Shown piece after piece: positions 59,301 through 64,000 of a DNA stretch of 64,000 nucleotides. Within the stretch, counting starts at the first letter, position 1. Every line of letters starts with the position of its first letter. Below the pieces are notes generated by a model. The model was given only the letters and a program-made list of their open reading frames with translations, searched no databases and was not told where the DNA came from. Made by a program: the position numbers and the translations under genes. The stretch comes from Alphaproteobacteria bacterium. GTDB lineage: Bacteria; Pseudomonadota; Alphaproteobacteria; RF32; CAG-239. The DNA is taken from positions 6,430 to 70,429 of the forward strand of contig JAFXPE010000032.1 in NCBI GenBank assembly GCA_017528205.1. The letters are read 5' to 3'.

Positions 59301-61025
59301 ATGGATAACACGGAAAACGATTTGGCCAAAAGAATTGTCAAGGAGCTTGGCGAACTTGAAAGCAAGCGTAAGCCTCTTGAGAATGTTTGGCAGAGTATTA
59401 TGGAAATGGTGGATCCGGCAAACGCTTTCATCAATCGCGAATACTCGGCAGAAAATATGTTTAAGGAAGATCTTTATTCAACTTCTGCCCTGCGCGCGAT
59501 ACCGAAGTTTGTGGCTGCTTTGCAATCTACCGTTACGCCGCCGAATGAACAGTGGCACCGTTTAATACCGCCGACACGCAAGCTCAAAAAAGATCAAACA
59601 TGTATTTCTTGGCTTGAAGAATTGGCAGAGGATTTATTTGAACGCAGATACCGGCCGGCTGCAGGTTTTAATAAGGCTATTATCAAAATTTGGTATAGTA
59701 TGGCTAAAATCGGCGTCGGTTGTATGTTTATTGATGAGGCAAGCGACGGCACTGGTGCAGAATATACCTGCGTCAACATGAAAGATTTTTATGTTAGCTT
59801 GTATGATAATGGCCAGATTAAGAAGTGTTATCGCAAACTCAAGAAAAGCTTTTGGGAGCTTTGTGAGGATTTAGAGGATAAAGGTGTTAATCCGCAAGAG
59901 GTGATACCGGTTGAAATATATAATCGTTGCAAATTATCTCCGAACTCGGAGCTTAATCTTATTCATGCGGTGAAAAAGTTAAGCAATAAAGAAGTGAGTG
60001 CTTTTGCGATTGATATACCAAAGGTTGACGGCGGCGTTGAAAAAATAAAACGCCGCTATGCGCATTATTTGGTGTTAGCTGACGGTGGCCGGCCGGTAGT
60101 TTTACACTCCGGCTTTTTCTTTACTTGTCCGTATATGTTTGCGCGTTTCAAAGAGCTTGATTATGATATTTATTCAAACTCTCCGTCAATGCAGGGTTTG
60201 CCAGATATACAAATGCTGCAGCGTATGCGTAAATCTATGATTGAGGCCGGTGAAAAAGCGGTTGATCCGACAATCTTGGCTAAGCAAGACGCAGCAATGG
60301 GCGGTATTGAACCGGTGGCCGGTGCGATTATTCCGGGAGGTTTGGACGATCAAGGCAAGGAAACAATGAAAGCCTTGCAGGTTACCGGATCAGCTGCGCT
60401 CGGTGTTGACTTGGAAGAGCTGATCACTAAAGGAATTGAGGATTTTTACCTTGTGCCTTTGTATATGATGTATTATCAAGAGGGTAAGATGACGGCAACA
60501 GAGATCAATCAGCGCGCAATGGAAAGAGCAATGTTAATGTCTATCAATGTCTTTCCGGTTGAAAATGAGCTGCTTTCTCCTATGGTGGCCAGAGAACTTG
60601 ATATTATGGAACGCCTTGAAGTTTTACCGCCGAATATGCCGAAAGATTTGGCTGCTTTGATGAATAAAGATGTGCCGTATTATGCGATCCAGTATGAGGG
60701 TGAGCAGCATAAGGCGCAGGAAATTATCAAGGCTAACGGTATTATGGTGACTTTAGAGGGCGCAGCCTCGCTTAGCCAGTATGAGCCGACGATTGGTTTA
60801 GCTATTAAAGGCTATGACTGTTTATCTACACTCGGCAGAGCAAACGGTATGCCTATGGATCATCTACTTACGCAAAAGGAATATAAGAAAGTCACAGATG
60901 ATTTAAAGACACAGCAGGCGGCTCAACAACAAGCCGCTGCTGCAGCGATAGATCCGCGCGCCGCTGAAACAGCCGGAAATACAGCTGACCGTTATCAGCA
61001 ACAACTTGCAAGCATGAGGTATTGA
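59301..61025 (+). CDS. portal (head-to-tail connector) protein
   Basis: 574 aa. The size and the position after terL, together with the N-terminal pattern (R...L..LE..R.P.E..W..I...V.P), are reminiscent of podovirus-type connector proteins. Confidence 0.72.
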   Translation: MDNTENDLAKRIVKELGELESKRKPLENVWQSIMEMVDPANAFINREYSAENMFKEDLYSTSALRAIPKFVAALQSTVTPPNEQWHRLIPPTRKLKKDQTCISWLEELAEDLFERRYRPAAGFNKAIIKIWYSMAKIGVGCMFIDEASDGTGAEYTCVNMKDFYVSLYDNGQIKKCYRKLKKSFWELCEDLEDKGVNPQEVIPVEIYNRCKLSPNSELNLIHAVKKLSNKEVSAFAIDIPKVDGGVEKIKRRYAHYLVLADGGRPVVLHSGFFFTCPYMFARFKELDYDIYSNSPSMQGLPDIQMLQRMRKSMIEAGEKAVDPTILAKQDAAMGGIEPVAGAIIPGGLDDQGKETMKALQVTGSAALGVDLEELITKGIEDFYLVPLYMMYYQEGKMTATEINQRAMERAMLMSINVFPVENELLSPMVARELDIMERLEVLPPNMPKDLAALMNKDVPYYAIQYEGEQHKAQEIIKANGIMVTLEGAASLSQYEPTIGLAIKGYDCLSTLGRANGMPMDHLLTQKEYKKVTDDLKTQQAAQQQAAAAAIDPRAAETAGNTADRYQQQLASMRY

Positions 61026-61026
61026 T

Positions 61027-61317
61027 ATGGCTTTGACTAAGGAAGAAAAAGAAAAAATCCGCCTGAATGTTAGGCTTATTAAAGAGGCTTATGAAAAGGC
61101 CTTTAAAGGTAATCAGGTGATTATACAGGATTTGCGCAGCTTTTGCGATGTTAATGTGCCGACGGACATGAATCCGGCAATGGGTAATATTGACGTGAGC
61201 AAAGTTTTGGTAAAAACCGGCCGCGCAAGTGTGTTTCAGCGGATAGAATATTGGCTGAACACGCCGGTTGAACAAATTGAAACAGACACTTTGAATAAAT
61301 GGGAGCATAAAGCATGA
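61027..61317 (+). CDS. hypothetical head-module protein
   Basis: 96 aa, tightly coupled to portal (1-nt gap) and to the next gene (4-nt overlap). Confidence 0.5.
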   Translation: MALTKEEKEKIRLNVRLIKEAYEKAFKGNQVIIQDLRSFCDVNVPTDMNPAMGNIDVSKVLVKTGRASVFQRIEYWLNTPVEQIETDTLNKWEHKA

Positions 61318-62000
61318 GCGAAGAAAATGCAAATACTACCGATCAGGTAGGAACTAACGCAGGGGAAAACGCCGGAGCAGATCCGGCTTTTTTGTTTGAG
61401 AATACTGACGCCTCAAGCTATGGAGAGGCAAACGTCAATTTCTTAAAAGAGAACAATTTAAGCAATATGTCGGATTTAGTTGCTTTGGCCACAAAGGGCA
61501 AAAATGCTCTTGAGCTGCCAAAAGATAACGATCAAGACAGCTTGCTCAACTTCCGTAAAGCCTGCGGTTATCCTGAAACCGCTGACGGTTACGGATTTAA
61601 GGCTGAAACGGAAGAAGAAAAAGGAATTGCTGACTTTGTGCACAAATGTCAACTTGATAAATGGGCGGCCAAAGCCGTTTATAATCAAATTATTGCAAAT
61701 ATTAAGGCAGAGGACGCCGAAGATAAAAAGCAATATGACGCCGAAGTTGCTAAGATAAAAAGCAACTGGGGTGAAAATGCACAAGGCAATGAAAGCTTAC
61801 TGCAGCGCGGTGTTAAGGCAATCGGATTGTCGGAGCAACAACTGCAGGAGATCTCCGGTATTATCGGAGTGGAGGCAGCCCTCAATCTTATGCTGACGCT
61901 TGGCCGTGTTAAGTCTGATCATGCAGGCATAACCGGTGGCAGCGGCAGTGGCGGTGAAGAGAGCTTGGATAGTTTTATATATTCACGTCGCGGAATGTAA
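61314..62000 (+). CDS. putative scaffolding protein
   Basis: 228 aa, acidic and helical. It sits between the portal and major capsid genes. Confidence 0.5.
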   Translation: MSEENANTTDQVGTNAGENAGADPAFLFENTDASSYGEANVNFLKENNLSNMSDLVALATKGKNALELPKDNDQDSLLNFRKACGYPETADGYGFKAETEEEKGIADFVHKCQLDKWAAKAVYNQIIANIKAEDAEDKKQYDAEVAKIKSNWGENAQGNESLLQRGVKAIGLSEQQLQEISGIIGVEAALNLMLTLGRVKSDHAGITGGSGSGGEESLDSFIYSRRGM

Positions 62001-62065
62001 CGGAATGTATAAAGCTTTGTTTTAACCGGAGGCGTTTGCCTCCTTTTTTAATAGGAAAATGATAA

Positions 62066-63052
62066 ATGTTAAACGATACTTTACAACGCATTGCATTAAA
62101 TCAATCTAAAATGCAGCAAAAAGTCGTTGATCACTTTACAAGACCTACAGAATTTTTGAAAAGAGTGCCTTTTATTGTATCAAGTCACGGCTTTCAAAAT
62201 CAGTATGAAGAGTGGTCAAACGTAGAGGGCGGTGAGTTCAGAGAATTTGACGCGCCGTCTGTTCAAATTCATGCAGATACCGCTGCTCGTCAAGTCAAGC
62301 TCGGCGTTATCGGTGGTGAAATGAGCGTGGGTGAAGAGGCAGCTTTAAATATGGCTATCGGATCAACCACCGACAGCGCAGAGGCAGCCGCAAGATACTT
62401 TGCAAAACAAACTCCGCAGATCTTGAATAAATCCGGTAAAAATACCGAATTGCATTTTATTTACAACATTTTGTATGGTGAAATGAGAAAATATAATGCT
62501 AAGGTCGCAAGTGACGCCACAAAGCACACAATGATCAACGCCGGCGGCACCGGTAATACTAACTATTCAATCTTTGCAATCCGTCAAGCACCGGAATTAA
62601 ACTGCGGTTTATTCTCTCCTTGCGGCAAAAACAAAGATGAAACCATGTATATGGAATGGCTGAACGGTGGCGAACGTCACCGTATTGTCGGCGGTAAAGA
62701 TGACGGCAAGATCGGCTATGAGGCTACATGGAAAGCCTTTTTAGGTTATCAGTTAGCTTGTCCTGAATATTTAGGCGGTATTTTCAATATTGATCCGGCA
62801 AACAATCACGGTGTTACAGCTGCAATGATTGATGACTTGCTTGATATGATTGAGGCTGATACCTCCGATACTGTTCTTGTTATGGCACGCACCATGAAGA
62901 GCAAACTCGGTGCCTTGAAGTGGGATAAAGTTGAGCTTGAAACTCGTGAAGAAAATGTCAATACCAAAGTTATGACTTGGAACGGTATTGAAATGATCGG
63001 CACAAATACCATGCTCAAAGGAACTGAAAGCAAGGTTATATTGCCTTACTAA
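62066..63052 (+). CDS. major capsid protein
   Basis: 328 aa. It lies after the scaffold-like gene and is followed by a strong terminator, as is common for highly expressed capsid genes. Confidence 0.7.
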   Translation: MLNDTLQRIALNQSKMQQKVVDHFTRPTEFLKRVPFIVSSHGFQNQYEEWSNVEGGEFREFDAPSVQIHADTAARQVKLGVIGGEMSVGEEAALNMAIGSTTDSAEAAARYFAKQTPQILNKSGKNTELHFIYNILYGEMRKYNAKVASDATKHTMINAGGTGNTNYSIFAIRQAPELNCGLFSPCGKNKDETMYMEWLNGGERHRIVGGKDDGKIGYEATWKAFLGYQLACPEYLGGIFNIDPANNHGVTAAMIDDLLDMIEADTSDTVLVMARTMKSKLGALKWDKVELETREENVNTKVMTWNGIEMIGTNTMLKGTESKVILPY

Positions 63053-63057
63053 GGATA

Positions 63058-63091
63058 AAAGAGCCGTCTTAATGGCCGGCTCTTTCTTTTC
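63058..63091 (+). terminator. intrinsic terminator after the capsid gene
   Basis: AAAGAGCCG (63058-63066) / CGGCTCTTT (63077-63085), then a T-rich run. Confidence 0.7.
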
Positions 63092-63124
63092 AATAATTTT
63101 CAATAATTTGTAAAGGATAAAAAC

Positions 63125-63514
63125 ATGGTAAAAAATTTTGGTTTTTATAAAGAAAACTTTACCGATGAATCAGAGGCCGCTGCAAGTATTTCCGGCACAC
63201 GCGGCTTGCGTGTTGGTGGTGCATTAGGCCACGTTTATGCTCAATGTATTGCCGGATCCGGCGGATTTTCTATTGCCGCCGGTAAAGCGGTTACATTAAC
63301 CGGTAAAGAATGCGATACCGCTACCGGCACTTATGCTGCTAACGGTGTGACTGTTGTTCGCACATTTGCTGCTGCAGAAACTTTTGCAGAGGGCGATGTT
63401 ATTGCTGAAATTCACTTTCCGTCTTACGCAAAAGAATACGGTAAAGTTGATTTTGCTACTAACGACAGCGGTGCAACTGGCGCGATCAAAATTGTGCCGA
63501 ATGCTATGGGATAA
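63125..63514 (+). CDS. hypothetical head-associated protein
   Basis: 129 aa, Gly/Ala/Thr-rich. AAGGA lies upstream of the ATG. It could be a decoration protein, but there is no motif support. Confidence 0.5.
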   Translation: MVKNFGFYKENFTDESEAAASISGTRGLRVGGALGHVYAQCIAGSGGFSIAAGKAVTLTGKECDTATGTYAANGVTVVRTFAAAETFAEGDVIAEIHFPSYAKEYGKVDFATNDSGATGAIKIVPNAMG

Positions 63515-63520
63515 TCTGAC

Positions 63521-63910
63521 ATGGCACAATTTAGAGCAAAAAACGATACCTTTTATAACTTTCAATATGTTCGCAAAGGCAAAGTTATTTATGGCGGCGA
63601 TGATCTCAAAGCAAATGAAAACTTTGAACTGATCGGCGATGAAAGCAAAAAGGCTGCAGCTCCGGCGACTGGAGATAACGGCGGCGAAAATACGCCGCCG
63701 GCAGCACCGGCAGCTAAACCGGCAACTTATAATGATCTTGTGAAGTATGCACAAACTCTGAATATTGCCGGCGCAAACCGCATGAAAAAGCCTGAATTGC
63801 TTGAGGCTATTGCTAAAGCAGAGGCAGAAACAGCGGCGCCGACAGCTGATGATGTAAAAGGTGACGGTGAAGTCAATGGCGATAGCGTTGACAAAGATCC
63901 GGCAGCTTAA
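63521..63910 (+). CDS. hypothetical phage protein with an HeH / Rho-N-like helix-extension-helix motif
   Basis: 129 aa. TYNDLVKYAQTLNIAGANRMKKPELLEAIAKAE resembles the Rho_N/HeH (SAP-like) module common in phage proteins. It has low-complexity Ala/Pro linkers. Confidence 0.5.
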   Translation: MAQFRAKNDTFYNFQYVRKGKVIYGGDDLKANENFELIGDESKKAAAPATGDNGGENTPPAAPAAKPATYNDLVKYAQTLNIAGANRMKKPELLEAIAKAEAETAAPTADDVKGDGEVNGDSVDKDPAA

Positions 63911-63917
63911 TGATATT

Positions 63918-63946
63918 GAGGAGGCTGAAACGGCCTCCTCTTTTTT
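63918..63946 (+). terminator. intrinsic terminator
   Basis: GAGGAGGC (63918-63925) / GCCTCCTC (63933-63940) followed by TTTTTT. Confidence 0.7.
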
Positions 63947-63961
63947 ATGGAGAATAAAAAA

Positions 63962-64000
63962 ATGGTAGCAACTTGCTCAACAGAATTAGACATTTTTAAT
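63962..64000 (+). CDS. start of a further phage ORF (truncated by the window edge)
   Basis: ATG 63962 is preceded by GGAG at 63949-63952. Only 13 codons are visible (MVATCSTELDIFN). Confidence 0.25.
   Translation, partial: MVATCSTELDIFN

Larger units (their letters stand above)
47280..64000. mobile_element. prophage (left portion), integrated next to the 3' end of tRNA-Leu; continues beyond the window
   Basis: Immediately after the tRNA, gene content switches to tightly packed small ORFs. It includes dUTPase, HNH, repressor/Cro, terminase, portal and capsid. By eye the region is visibly more G+C-rich than the host part. No integrase is present in this portion. Confidence 0.9.

Noticed and set aside
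63296-63754. 152-aa minus-strand ORF in the head-gene region.
   Set aside because: It is antisense to two tightly packed plus-strand structural ORFs bounded by terminators, and has a Cys/Arg-rich nonsense-like translation.
47280-64000. Search for integrase, transposase, lysis and tail genes, and for known defence systems (RT, TIR, SIR2, STAND NTPase, cyclase motifs), in the prophage portion.
   Set aside because: None of the visible ORFs carries the corresponding motifs (R..H..R..Y recombinase residues, YxDD, extra Walker A boxes). They are presumably outside the window or absent, so no such call is made.

Overview
The window holds about 47.3 kb of a low-GC bacterial chromosome. It is followed by the first ~16.7 kb of a prophage that abuts tRNA-Leu(UAA) and runs off the right edge.

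Host part (1-47279). Gene content and order point to an alphaproteobacterium, but I cannot name the species. The supporting observations are:
- the secB / Tim44-like / mltA / smr block
- coaE-dnaQ adjacency
- carD (cdnL-type), an ATP12-like gene, pssA-psd and ppdK
- a GTTC-N7-GTTC SOS box in the lexA promoter

From the left, the host part contains:
- the tail of a dTDP-sugar cluster (rfbA, a putative glycosyltransferase, a wecE-like aminotransferase)
- a co-oriented 11.4-kb block of three large, poorly conserved proteins: a zincin-motif autotransporter, a 1670-aa giant that fuses an M48-like HExxH domain to a UbiB/ABC1-like kinase-like domain, and a signal-peptide protein
- a cold-shock gene, a ~0.65-kb AT-rich gap and two tandem near-identical tRNA-Val genes
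- ~30 kb of mostly housekeeping genes

Prophage part (47280-64000):
- a leftward early operon of 17 small genes, including dUTPase, HNH, ASCH, a YkgJ-type Cys-cluster protein and a LexA DNA-binding-domain-only homolog
- a lambda-like immunity region: an XRE repressor without a peptidase domain, a downstream lipoprotein gene, a divergent Cro-like gene, and four copies of an 18-bp palindromic operator in two pairs 1.1 kb apart
- a short rightward early operon
- a ~590-bp non-coding region with iterons, a polypurine tract and a cluster of DnaA boxes (candidate origin)
- a Q-position regulator gene followed by a promoter and two intrinsic terminators
- the packaging and head genes: terS, terL, portal, scaffold-like, major capsid

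No integrase, CRISPR array, rRNA or transposase was seen.

Limits. All calls were made by eye from the ORF track, motif recall and hand folding. No database search was possible. Family names are therefore hypotheses, and start codons and regulatory coordinates are approximate.
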